Positions 1-12,867 are shown, counted from the first letter of the whole stretch. The stretch is 63,398 nucleotides of DNA, filler included, from Sphacelaria rigidula (GCA_964200075.2; 8 parts of 8 records of this genome joined end to end with filler, not necessarily neighbours in it), one strand, 5' to 3'. Numbers and translations: made by a program. The notes: a model not told the origin generated them from the letters alone.

Positions 1-637
1 GTTCGGGACACCTCGAAGGAGAACATACGTGTCCGGTTGACAGGGGCACATGCAAAGGCTTACCACACAGCCTAACACAATCAGAGCTGAACGTGAGAGA
101 CTTGGTGGCCCCTCAAACCAAAAATACACAGCTCGATCCGTAGCTGCTCATCGGCTGTGTACGTTGTGCGTGACCTTGCTCAAATCTGTTCAGAATTTGT
201 TGAGAAATGATGATTTGTGTGAGACGCGCATGCAGCACACGCTTACAAAACGATCAGCAACGACACGTTTTCGGTTGTTTTTGACGCGCATGCGGCCGAC
301 ATTCGTCCAATACACGACATATTTCTGTCGAACAAGGACTGGCGTGTGTAGATTAGCAAGGCCCAGCAGTGGAACTAATGCGCGTGAGTGGTGAGTGTCT
401 GTGCGTGTTTTTTCAGGGCCGGGTGTGTAGGTGTTGTGCTGCCTTGTTGTGCATTGTCTGCAGCATTACCCAGACCTTGGGCCTGCTTAGACTAACGACC
501 ACTTCCAAACCCGCCGCATTCCTCGATCTGCGTGCAGATCTGGGTTCCAATTTGTACCAAACTGCTTGTCGATAGGACTCGGGACTGATCGTTGTGGCGG
601 CAATCCCCTGTCAAAAGGGCATAATCCCCTTCGTTAA

Positions 638-734
638 CCCTTAGACCGCGAGATTAGTCTTTCTGGATCATGCATACTTTTTTCACTTGAAATTAATGCC
701 GATTCATCAGAAGACTAACCTCGCGGTCTAAGGG
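638..734 (+). mobile_element. ~97-bp non-autonomous piggyBac-type MITE (family A), copy 1
   Basis: 15-bp perfect TIR CCCTTAGACCGCGAG...CTCGCGGTCTAAGGG; flanked by TTAA (634-637) and TTGA; near-identical copies at 1563 and 55594. Confidence 0.8.
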
Positions 735-1562
735 TTGACAAGGGTCTTAATGAGGATTCACGAAACTGACTTTCTGGGAAGAGCAATTATTTTTTCCGCA
801 CTGGACGCATGTCTTGAAATATCAACGAGCGTGACCTGAACACGTTGCAAGGGCACCATCCAGCCCGAGCAAACATGCACGGGCACCCGCAGCGCAAGTA
901 CATCACGCCTGGCGCTAGCCCTTGCTCATCTATACACGGTGTTGTTTGCTTCACGACAACCCTTTCGGCATTGGAAGAGGGCCGACCGTGTGTGTGCAGC
1001 AAAAGCTACTCAAGATGAGAGTCTTTAACCGTCTTGGGGGGTGCTTACAGGACCTGTTGAAACCGAGCAAGAAAAGTGAGAACGCGCAGTGGGAGTGAGT
1101 GTGGTTCTGGCGGTTTATTTTTTATTTTATAATAACCCTTCGATTGTAGCCTATCCGCTCTCAACCAATCGGAAGGACAAAAAAAAAGGAATCAAAACCG
1201 CGACAATCACGATCACTCTTGGGGCGCGTGCTGACTTCTTTTGTTTCGTTCAAACGGGCCCTAACGGAGCGCTCGTGCAATAAGAATCATCGTGTCTCGT
1301 TCACTGTTGCACCTATTTTGCCCGAGCCGAAACATTGTACTCAGTTGATGCCTGGCTACGGCTCGAGCTATACATTGTCTATCCCGGGATGTTTAGGTGA
1401 GGTCAAAAGTTTAGGTGAGGCCATGTATCAGACGTGGGCTGTGGGACAGGTGTGTACCATGGCAAGGGTCACTGCGCCGCTGGTGCATGTTGCCCTTCAT
1501 GGCGAACAGCTAAAAAAAATCTCGGCGGATAGCGTGACAAATCATTCGATGGTTTATTTCAA

Positions 1563-1660
1563 CCCTTGGACCGCGAGATTAGTCTTCCTGGATCATGCAT
1601 ATTTTTTTTCACTTGAAATTGATGCCGATTCAACAGAAGACTAACCTCGCGGTGTAAGGG
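1563..1660 (+). mobile_element. MITE family A, copy 2
   Basis: Near-identical to 638-734; CCCT...AGGG ends; flanks TCAA/TTGA. Confidence 0.8.
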
Positions 1661-4074
1661 TTGAAGGCGCCGCTGCTTCTTCCCCTTGGACGGGATGATA
1701 TCGCAGCGACCAATCAGCATTCTTCTTTGCTTCCTTTTTTTCGTCTAGATAAGATACCGCCTGAAGCTTGGCACACCAGTCGGACACAACATGGACTACA
1801 TGTGCGCCAATCCGCGGCACGTTGGGGGCCGTGCTTCAAAATTCTCAAAGCAAATACCGATTTCGGGGTGGTACCGTCGACATGCCCTCAGCACGGCTTT
1901 CCCGCAGCCCAGACTGCGTGCACCGCCATTGAAAGCATTTCTCAACGCACTGGTGCTCCAAAGTGCACATCATCAGCAGTTGGGTGACTGCTGCGCTTGC
2001 AAAAAAACATCGATCCGTACTGGGACACCCAGTGAATATGGACAACATATACAAATCCATTCATACATCGCTTGTAGGGGTGCTCAGTTCGGGAGGCACG
2101 GCCGTACGCGCGCTATCGGCGCTTCAACGCGCTGAAACTTGGGTCAGATGTCCCGCGAAGCACAGTTAACAGCCCATGTCGTAGAATGTGGGGTTGCGCG
2201 TTGCAGCAGTGCGCACCGGGGTGAAAATAGGTCAGGTTTTGTTCCGAAAAAATGTTGGGTTTTGTTTGGCGCAAGGCTGCCTGTCTCTGTTGATTTTTCC
2301 GGGTCTAATTTTTTTACTATTCTATGCGTTTTCTTGGATGGCCTTGTTTTGAAGTTATACGTATCCTAAAACGTTTTTCAAACATTTTCACGACAATGCG
2401 TAAGCACGGCCTTTTTTCGGGGCGTTCCCGTTGACGTTTTTTGGTCTATGGTGGATTGGTTGTTGTACATCAATTGTTCCCCGAGAAATCAGCCGTGGTT
2501 ATGAATTAGACATGAACAAGGTTAGCACCATGTAACCGCTCGCTGAACAAAACTCAGGGAATGACGAAAGGGGATCAAAAGCTGGTATAACAGTCGTTAG
2601 CCCGGAAGGTCCCGTATCCGCTCCAAGGTCAAACTGCGTACACTGGGAAACGCGACAGTGTGCCGGAATCCTTCCCGATTGCAGAGCAAGGTGGCAGAAT
2701 TCGCCGAATCCTCTCCCCAGGCGAGAAGGTAGCGGAAGGTTGAAGAAATGAAAAATGCACTCCTTACGACACATGTACTGCAATGATCGGGCTGAGGAAA
2801 TCGACCGTTCTCCGCGAAAGATGGTCCTTGAGCGAGCTTCATATGGCAATACGAGTTATTGTACCTGAAGAACGCTTGATCTGGCGATCCGGCGGCGACT
2901 CTAGCCCGAGGAAGAAACCCGGCGGACTGTATCACCTCGGAAAGACGGCAGAACTTGCTGTTCTGGGGCAGGAATCCGGTGCACCCTTCCGATCTTTCCC
3001 ACTCTCACTTTGACCTCGGGTGAATTGAGCGTTTTCTCATGCAATTATATATGTCTTTTGGAAGAACTCGCGAGATTTTTTTTGTTGGCATGAGAAATAA
3101 GTATTCCGGTTGAAGTCAAGTTGCGCACAAACGATCGCAGTAGTGCGCTGGAATCCTCTTGTCGGGGTGGCAAAAGTCGTTGAGAGCTTTTTGAGGGTAA
3201 AAACTGGCGCTAGATCGCCCAAAGAGCTTTTTCACGTACACATTTTAAAATTAAAGCAAACAATTTCGAAGGTAGCAGTGCATAAATGATGCCGTCGCTC
3301 GTTGCTGGTCTACATATTTTCTGCTGGAATTGTCGTACACAGATCATGACCCAAAATCGAGCGACGAGCCCTCGGCCGTGTGACATTAGGTTCTTCATCA
3401 GATACTTCAACTTCCGAGATTTCATTTTCTGATGTATGCTGGCATCGCATTTCACACGTCCAGAAAGATGAAGTGACTTATGAAGACGTTACCAGCGATC
3501 GCAGCTGCTTCACGTAGAACAATCACACCCTGGCGGGAGAACGTCGTTTCTCGAAGCTTCCACTGTCCGACGGTGTTTTTGTTCAGGGGGGCAACCGAAC
3601 GGAAGTGGTCATCAAGCTGGCGTTGAAAACCAACCACTATGTTGAAGTATTGTCGCGGGGCAAGAGATCGCTTGGATATTCCTTACAAGCAAGAATATCC
3701 TAAAGCGGTAGCATGTTGGAGTCACTCATGGGTCGCATTCCCAGGGGGAGGAGCCTTCGGGGTAGATCAGGGTAAAGAAAGCAGGCGTTCCGCCTCCGCG
3801 CAAACACATTTGTAATCAGCTCGTTTTCGACGTCTGTCGTGTCCTGAGAACTTTGAAGCCTACAATGGCGGAAGTGTATGTCTGAAGACAAAACGAACTA
3901 CGGTGCACCTCTTCTCACCCCTTCCCTTTCCATGAGCGAGTTCAACTGTCGTGAACGATGAAAGCGGCGAAAGTGGTGATGCTCATGATGATATATTCCC
4001 CGGGGGATCACTCTCTTTTTGTGCGATTCAGGTAGAAGGTATAAGAAATCTCGACGTATCCACAACACACAAAC

Positions 4075-7000
4075 ATGTCAGAGAGCGGCGACGATTCTTC
4101 GGACGCCGGTAAGAAGCGCTCCAGCTTCGGGTTCCAGTTCGACAAATTTCAGGACAGGATGTCGAGCAAGATCTCAAACCCTTTCAAGAAGGACAAGTCG
4201 GACAGCGACAGCGACAGCGGTGGGAAGTCTCCACCCAAGTCTACTCCTTCTCCCGTCCTTGAATCCCTCAAGGAGTCCAGTGCTCCACCGGTTCCGCCGC
4301 GTCCCGAAGTCGTTCAAGCTGAAGCGGTAAACAATGTGCTCAAGGTGGAAGATGTGCCTACGGCGGGCGCGCAGGTACGAGCTGTGATTTGGAGCGCCAA
4401 GGGGGGTGTCATGTTTATAGGAAGCAAAGTCGTATCTGTACGTCTGGCGATACGGGAGGTCAGCCTGCACGTGTTGAGTCACTGTATGCTCCGAAAGTAT
4501 ACGGCGCCATCTCTTCCGCTTGAACTCAGCATGAGGTAGCCTGGCGGTGCTTCTCAGGCATTACGTGTCGTGATTGGTGAATGCACTCCGAAAGTTCTAA
4601 CATAAAGATTGGAGGGTTGTTGGAGATGTGCCGTGGAACTCCACGTTGCGCCACAGGATTAACGGGAGAGCGAACATTGCGAAAAGGCACCAAATGTATC
4701 TCTCACAAATTCCACGACAGAAAACATCTGACACCCGAAAGTTTCGCCCTTTTCTCGGTACCTGTTTTACTGCATAACACATGACATGACACACGTACCG
4801 CCATGCCGCAGGCGGAGGTGATTCCCGTCGCAGGAGAGGAAGGAGCCGCACCGTCAAACGAGTCAAAACCTGAACCTGCTGCTACGGCCACACCCGCTGT
4901 GCCAGCCCCGGCTGGTACCACAGCCCTCCCGCCGCCGAAAACCGCCGATGAAGCGGCGGCACCTGCCACGCCCGCTCCTCGTGCTGCGCCTGCTGCGCCT
5001 GCGGCACCCAGTGCTGTACCAGCGCCGGAGGAAGTCAAGTCAGGAGAGATCGCCGCGGATGCACCGGCGGATGCACCGGCGGCCGAGGTGCCTAGGAAGG
5101 AGTACAAGGTTGTTGGTGGGCCTGTGTCTGGGGTGGCGGAGATCGTTGTGAGCGGGGTCAAGGGGGACCCCGAGGATGCTATCATGAATATGCGGAGGCG
5201 TGGATTCGTGGTTCATCTGGTGGGTGATGCTAACTGTACTGTGGTTCAATTGTATGCAGTAGATGTGGCGAGTTTTCCTGTTGGTACCTAAGCATTCGAG
5301 AAATGCGCTGTGCGGACTTGACGGAATTGACGTGCGATGTTTCATACAGACTGTGTGTGCTCGTGTTGTTCATGAACGTGCGGTGTCTCGTCCGCTTGTT
5401 TTGTCACACTGTTTGAATGCAGTCTTGATTGTCTGTGTTTGTTATCTTGCCGCCGAGGTTTTGCATACTGCATTGTGGATTATTTTCACGACCTTTATCC
5501 ACGCACGATGCGACTTGTTTCGTCACCCACTTGATTACATTGCCTGTTGATTGTTTGCATGGTCCAGGCCATGCTCCACGACGAAACCGTGCCACCTACA
5601 ATGACCATGGTGTTAGCCTTGGGACCGAAGCTGCAGGTGAAGTCTGCTGTAGAGAGAAAGCTACAGGTGAAGCCCAAGGATGAATACACGTGCAGCGAAG
5701 TGGCAGAGCTTCTCGCAGATAGCGTGGACGTGATCCACCGCTCAGGCATCCACTTTGATGAGGTATGCACGGCTTTCGAGGCATTTTAGACTGCCACATG
5801 ATCGGGTGAGCATGCCTGTGTTTGTCGTGATGGAAGGGCCATTTGGATGGCATCTGGCCGTGTGGCCGTGTGGCCGTGTTTCGTAGAATGCGGGACTGCA
5901 CGGCACGGTGCTGTAGGACAATCAAACGACGGTCAAAACACGATTGTGGTGCTGGTGAGCTGCTTGCCAAGCTTGCTGCACCACCGTCAGGTCGAATAAC
6001 GACGCTGCTGTGCTATTATTTAAAAAAATACCACCTTTGAACTGTTTATTGTGTTCATTTCTGGTGCGGCTGGTGTCTTTGTTCGACGACCAGGTAAACC
6101 TGTTACACAACAAGCAGAGCTTGATCGAGCTGGCCAAGGCCGGCGCCGAAGACAGAGCGGACTCAGTTTTCTCTTATTTCGGCCCCTACTTCGGTCTGTA
6201 CTTTGCCTGGCTCAGATTTTACACCAGGTAACGAATAATGGAGGTCGAGTTGTGATCCTTTGCTGTAGCCTACCGATTAAACAAATTTGTTTCGTTTGTA
6301 CTTGGGTGCCATGATACATACCAAAGCGTATCGGAAGAGGGATCGAAACCGGTCTCGCGCGTACTGCAAGCTGACTTCTGAGTATGATATTTGTGATCGC
6401 TTTTTGGAAAATGGATCTGTCGACACATTTTTCATGTGCGTGTAACCGTGACCGCCCCGACGTGATGGTGTTGTAGCTAAAATGGGTTGTTTGATGTTTA
6501 TTCAGTGATCTATGTAAAGAGGTTGTTATCTTCGACGGGTGTCTGTCAAAAGCTACTCTCTTCACCGGGTAGCAGGCTGTCGCATGTAGTACGGGCCATC
6601 TGTCAGACTCGGTAACGTGGAGTGATATATCCTCCCGGCCTCGCTCCCTCAGAAATCCGTGCATCAACTCGCTATGGATTGCGATGAAGCATTTTCCGTA
6701 CACGCATCGACAGACATTCAACAGACCTCACGTGCGAGAAATTCGCACCATGACTTGCATCCTGACTGCTGATAAATCGGTTCGTTTACAGAGCCCTGGC
6801 CGGTCCCACGGTGGCGGGCATCATCCTCTTCGCTTCTCAGTGGAGGAGCGGAATCTCTCAAGACCCGCTGATGCCCGCGTTCTGTGTGCTGCTGATAGTG
6901 TGGACGATGGGGTTTGTGGAGATGTGGAAGCGGCAAAATACCGCGATTTCGTTCAAGTGGGGTGTCGATGGAGTGGAGGATGATGACCGCATGCGAGCCG

Positions 7001-7460
7001 CTGCGCGGAAGGTGCCCATGTGCTTATCGCAGGATTGCGTGCTAAGTTTGATATTGTCACGCAATGGCTTTAGGTCGTGAATCGGCATCATTTTGACTTG
7101 AAAATGACAGAAAATGATGCCTTTTCACAAGAACAAAAATCGGCAATGGGTGCTGTGAAGGCTTGACCTTCTGAAGTGCTATCATATGCTAGTCGGGAAA
7201 GAGTGTAAGGGGTACAGGTGCGTGTGATCGAAGCCTACTCTGTGTTCTGCAGCGGTACTGGTTTGTGCGGTATTTTCATGCGTTCGTTTGCTCTGCTCTT
7301 TGAACTGTTGAATTTGTCTGACCCGTTTCGACAGGCGGGACAGTTCAAGGCTGGCCCCGCTGGCAAGTATTGTGTGACCATCCCCATCATCCTGGCCGCT
7401 ATTTATTGGTGCATAAGAAGCATGCTGTACTGCATCTGGCTCAGCGACCACGCGGTGGAG
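4075..7460 (+). CDS. TMEM16: Anoctamin/TMEM16 family Ca2+-activated channel/scramblase, 5' part (3' end beyond the contig)
   Basis: Phase-compatible GT-AG exons 4075-4374, 4812-5219, 5568-5762, 6094-6227, 6792-7011, 7335-7460. Family motifs VFSYFGPYFGLYFAWLRFYT (cf. YFGEKIALYFAWLGFYT) and WTMGFVEMWKRQNTAISFKWGV (cf. FLE-WKR...RW); hydrophobic TM segments. Confidence 0.88.
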
Positions 7461-7838
7461 GTGAGTCTGTGAGTCTGTGAGTGTGGCGGTAAAAGCTCCA
7501 TGATACCGTTCCCTGTACTGTGCAAAACCGAAAATAGGACGTGTTGGTGGTGCTAGTGTTGCCCTTGACGGAATTCATGTCTCGATTTTTGCCTCAGCCG
7601 AGCGCGTGTACTGCCGAGAGATGTCACTTTGTTGAGACATCTCGATGAGATATCTGCGAAATCACAACTTTGGACGGTGTCGCCGCCGCAGCTTCCGAAG
7701 CAACCGTGATTGACGAGGGCATCCGTAGGGCTGTTATGCATCACCTTGCGCATATTTTCAGGTAGGAATACGTGACACGTGACGTTTTAACGTGACACAT
7801 CCGAAAACACGTGACTCCGGCTCATTTAACGCTACGTA

Positions 7839-7938
7839 NNNNNNNNNNNNNNNNNNNNNNNNNNNNNNNNNNNNNNNNNNNNTTAATTAATTAANNNNNN
7901 NNNNNNNNNNNNNNNNNNNNNNNNNNNNNNNNNNNNNN
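7839..7938. other. Artificial contig linker N44-TTAATTAATTAA-N44
   Basis: Identical 100-bp linker carrying stop codons in all six frames; recurs 7 times. Confidence 0.97.
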
Positions 7939-8066
7939 CTCACCTCGAGAAATGTTGTGCGTAGTGATGATACAAATGTTGTCTCAAAATTTCAGTGCCT
8001 AGCTCTTCAAATTACCCACAGCATCGCCAAAATACATTTTTAAAACACTGTCAGCTGGCCCAGCCT

Positions 8067-8129
8067 GTACTCATTTGTTGCTTGCCTTAGTGGTTGGATA
8101 AGTAACCATGCATCCCTTTCGAGATGAAG
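8067..8129 (+). repeat. ~65-bp dispersed repeat (GTACTCATTTGTTGCTTGCCTTAGT...CATCCCTTTCGAGA)
   Basis: Similar copies at 15937-16001, 16719-16783 and 31815-31879. Confidence 0.75.
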
Positions 8130-8950
8130 TTCGGTGGGCGGGGAGGGGGGGGATGAAGAGAGAGTGAACAGTAGGGTTTTTGTAAAACTATACAGCTGCA
8201 GTAGTGTGAGCTCGTGAACCCCCTTTCCCGAAAGGCGGTGGTTTGAACCCTGGTTTGTTTCATCACTGCCTCGTGCCCAACTGCTCCTTGTACTGGAAGG
8301 AGAGGGGGAGAATGGTGAATGCGTATGTAGTGTTCCTCATCATCTTTCCTATTTCGCCCCCCTTCCTTTCCCATCCTTTCCTTTACTTTCCTTTTAAGCT
8401 TAAATCTGTTCCCTTCACATTGTATTCTTCATCTTTATCCGTTCTAGAGTTCAGACTCAGTGCGTGTGTATATCTTAGTAGCTTGGGGATCATACGTCTC
8501 ATTTGTTACTACGGCTAGATTCATAGCACAGATCAGTCCGTCTGCAACACTCAGCCCATCAATCAGACGAGCAGCGTAAGTACGAAATTCGAAGAGCAAA
8601 AGATCAATGCCTTGACGGCAAACCGGCTGATTTTTACTTTTGCATTACTTGAGGAATATTCGTGCATCAATCAAAACCGAGCCTTGAACGTACGCATTGG
8701 CAATGCACAGACTCACTGGGAAATGACTAGTGCTACGTCGCAATCAATGCTGTTTTGAACGTGATTCCGGGGTACAAGTTGTCATGCGTACGGTGCGCTC
8801 AAAGAGTTGAGCAATAAATTAAAAAATGAAGAATGGATGATGACTAACAACAGGGTTCATTCGACAAGGAGAGAGGCTGAGGGAGGGGGAAAGGGGGGAG
8901 AAGGCGCGTCAAGCAGTATTGGATGCCAGGGTGATTGACGAAGAAGAAAA

Positions 8951-9227
8951 TCACACGTCGGACGAGTGCACTCGTAGATGTTTTTTTAAACACAACGAGC
9001 ATGACTCGTGTGCTCGAGTCATTACTTTTTTTACAACGAGCAATGGCTCGTGTGCTCCAGCCATTACTTCTTTTTTCAACAAGCAATGACTCGAGTGCTC
9101 GCCCTATTCTTATTTTTTTCCACAACGAGCAATTACGCGAGTGCTCGCCCCATTGATTTTTACGGCCAACGAGCAGCCCAACGAGTGCAAGTGCCACGAG
9201 TCACACTCGTGCTCGTCCGACGTATGA
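8951..9227. mobile_element. MITE-like element filled with ACGAG/CTCGT palindromic sub-repeats
   Basis: Perfect 12-bp inverted repeat ACGTCGGACGAG (8955-8966) / CTCGTCCGACGT (9212-9223); several ~42-bp internal units AACGAGCAATG.CTCG.GTGCTC. Confidence 0.55.
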
Positions 9228-9610
9228 AAAAAATACATTATTTATAGGTTTGCGAGGAAATATTTGCGCAGATTACCGATGTCGTTCATCGACCATGTGT
9301 CGAAAACTATTCCGCTGTATCCTTCACAAACCGAATAGAGGAGATGGCGAAAACAGTGCAAGGTTGGTGTGTGTGTTCGGTTGTTTTCTTCCGTTTCATC
9401 TTTCTTTTTGTTTGAAATTTGTGTTTCTGTTGTGATGATGGGGAAGAGATGGAGGTAGACAGACATGAAAAATACATGGAGCATACACGAACAGAAGGAC
9501 AAAGGCAAGCACGTTTTTATGCGTTCGAGTTGTATCCCCTCCCCCCCCTTTGCCTTGAGCCTGGTCCGGCGAAAAAGCGGCGTGCTTCGTCCCGGCTTTG
9601 TTGGGACGGA

Positions 9611-10093
9611 CCCCCTATAGGGTTGGCGTCGGTTGACAATGGCGCTGTAAAGCACGCCACTCACCGCGTAAGCTAGGCGACCAGGTTACTGTTTTATTTT
9701 TCCTGCGCGCTTGCATTTTTTCGCGGTTACCATGATAGTGATCGAGCTAGAACGTATTGTGCGGGATGGGAGAACCTCAATTCCGTGCAGAGAGGATGAT
9801 TATACGACGTATGTTTAAATGGTGAGACACCCACGAGGCAGTGTGTAAGCCGTGGCTGTCTCTGGAAGTGGTGATTCCGGAAAATGAAGCGACTCATTCG
9901 AGGCTGTCATCCGTATGCAAGATAGTCAGGGTACGCTTCAGGCCGAATAATCTGAGGAGGATGCAGCTCACCCTTCATGCGACTCGCCGAACACATGACA
10001 ACGCTTCGCGCTTGGTGATTGATCGCGAGCCTGGTCGGGCGAAAACCCGGCATGCTCCGTCCCGGCTTTGTAGGGATGCGAGGTCAATAGTCA
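9611..10093 (+). repeat. ~480-bp dispersed repeat
   Basis: Colinear diverged copy at ~17530-17992, e.g. shared GTGGCTGTCTCTGGAAGTGG and CCGTCCCGGCTTTGTAGGG. Confidence 0.8.
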
Positions 10094-10187
10094 TACATAT
10101 GACTTTGGCACGCAAGACCATGATAACCACCCTCTTTTCGCCTCGAACGTACCGCTTACAACGTCCGCCGCTTTCCGCCATCGATAG

Positions 10188-12824
10188 GATTGTGTACCTG
10201 AATGCCGGAGATGGTATGGACAAATGCGGGTACACGCACGGAGATGGGTACTCGGGCGCCTCTGGAGGAGGTATGGTCGTTTCAACTAGCCCGTGGAGAC
10301 CTCTGTGCTCTCTGGACCGTCGTACTTCCCCTGGGGGGATCGGCGTCGCCGCCTGTCTGCCTGATCGGTTATGTCTTGTGGCAAGGGGCGGTCTAGGCGG
10401 AGGCATTGCTCATCTAATCACTCGGTGAGTGTTTTGGCGGTCGTCATGGCAGTTTTGTTGCTATTGGTGTTGTCGTGTTGTCAACTGTAGATCGAAGGAA
10501 ATGTGGCTGGATTTACCTTTTCTTTTCTTTTGTGCTTTGCTTTTGCCCTTGGGATTGTTTATTATTTCGACTCAGATGCTTCCTCAGTAAAGGTTTTCGT
10601 ATGTTTTGTGTTTGTTTGCATGGGCTGGGTTGTTGCAATCAGCTAGTGTGAGATAGTCAATCAATCGATCAATATCTCCCCCCCCCCCGCCTCCCCAGTT
10701 ACTTTATTGGGAGAGGGAGAATAAACTACGTTTAGGAAATCTATGTCTCGGGAGTATCGTTTGCTCGTCAATGGGTAATGAATATTCTCGCGTCCGATCG
10801 TCGACAACCGCCTGGAGAAAACGTTCCACGATATCACATCGGCGTGTCAAGGTCATGCATACTTCGCGCAACTACTTATTTTTTTTCTCTTTGTCTTGCT
10901 CTTATTAATGTTTGACTCTTTCCCCTTCTCCTTTCTCTGGACGATTCCGTAATGTCAAGGGGAGTCAACTAACCCTCTCTCTCCCAGGACGCAAACTCCG
11001 CGATATCGCACATGGTAAATGTCTCCCCTGCACGAGCATGTAGGTTTACTTTCGCAGGCAGCCCACGGGGTATCACGTCCCACGGACAGGGGCCAAACTT
11101 TAAGACACCAAGTTTCGCATAACAGCAGCAGCAGCAGTAGCAGTAGCAGTAGCAGCAGCAGCAACAACAACAACAACAACAATATCAGCATCTTGATTCG
11201 TTCCCCCTGCCAATAAAAGCATTTGTTGATTTATTCCTTCGTTCAGTCGTGTATATACTTGTACATCACACGATCAAAATCACCAACAACTTGAAGAAGG
11301 CGGAGAACGTTTTTCGCCGTCAGCGTTTGCTACTAGTAGCGCGAACGCATTGACATGGGCTATGATTGATACATATCTTTGCAGTGTAAAGGACTCACCC
11401 GATCTGCACCGGATACCTCCCCGCCACTCGCGGATCCTTCCTCCGCCACTCTGATCCCTCGCGCGAGAAAGGCCGTTGTTCCCCCTGGAGCCGTTGTTGA
11501 CGGGTGCACTGGCGGCGTCGAGGTGCGCGCCGCCTCCGTCGAGCATCGGCCGAATCGGGACCGGCCGTCGCAAGGAGGATGGGCGCCGTCAGGCGCCATT
11601 GGAGGGTTCTACACTGGGCGTGGTCCGGAGGTTCGTGGTTTGTGTTGCAATGGGGGGCATCATTTGAGACCGTGTTCTGCTTGCGGTGGACTGCCGGTCG
11701 CAGGCAGGCAGTAGTAGTAGTAGTAGTAGCAGTAGTAGTAGTAGTAGTAGTAGTATAGTAGTATAGTAGTAATCGTCAGAAATAGGTGCGTTGTTGTCGC
11801 AGATGTCGTCAGAAAAAAACACATGATATAGTTGATGTCGTGAGACACAGACACGCGCTTACGTAGATCTCGTCAAAAGGTACATTATCTCAGCATGCGT
11901 CCATATTAAGGTAAATACTACGACTGCTCAAGTCTGCAATAAATAAACCGGCACTTCTAGACGCCAGTCTCGGGTAGATACCAATAAGAGGTACGGCGCT
12001 ATTGTTGATGCATGCAAACAGAGCAAGAAACGCCTACATTGACAACGATCCCGGATAGAATACAAAATCAAATGCATCAAATGACCACGCGAGGTATGTT
12101 CTTTTTCACGCCCCCCCCCTCCCCCTGTCCTCCGTGGCTGTTATTCTGCTGCTCTTCTTATACCAGGCTTGTCGCTCGCTACGCCCCGCCTAAAGTTCGA
12201 TTACCCGAAGGCACCAGCCCCGGAGACGGGCCTGGGTTAGGCGCTGGTGCCACATGCGACGTGTTTCGGCTACTTACTCGCTACGGGCTACACATCCTCG
12301 CCGCGGAAGTCGCGGGCGTGAATAGCCGGGGCGCCGGTGAGGGTGTGGAGACGAGATCGGCGGACGTGTTCATGAGAAGGTGAAGGTGTTTTTCTTGTCT
12401 ACATTGAGGACATCCCCCCCCTCCCCCCCCAAAAAAAATGAACCCAACAAAAAATGAATAAAATCAGTGGTCATTTCGGAGCGGTGTTCGGAACAGTGTC
12501 CACCCGTTGTTTTTCATACGACGCGTCTTCAATGGAATAGAAACGAAAAATCGGTCGTGCTATGACATACATGTATGTATGGCTTTGACCTCCATTTGGG
12601 TGTTGTGTTTGCCGAGAACAATGGAGAGCTACTTCGCTTGTTGCGCATGCACCGCAAACAAAATTGAGTCGAAAATGAACAGGATGATGCTCAGCGCAGC
12701 TTCAAAGCTTGAGGATAATAATTCACCGGGGCTGTCCTGCTCCGTAAAATGACCGTAAACGGCTAAGGTCATGTGTATGTTCTCTTCTTTTCCCGACCAC
12801 ATGACGCTGAGCACAGCACAATAC

Positions 12825-12867
<43 letters not shown>

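Noticed and set aside
850..915. SWIM-like zinc finger remnant (CTCAAGA) on the minus strand
   Set aside because: Too short, preceded by a stop, and lacks the C-x-H in frame
4703..5185. 160-aa Gly/Ala-rich minus-strand ORF
   Set aside because: Antisense shadow of anoctamin exon 2
10955..11854. Poly-Leu, poly-Ser, poly-Val and poly-Tyr ORFs
   Set aside because: Translations of intronic microsatellites
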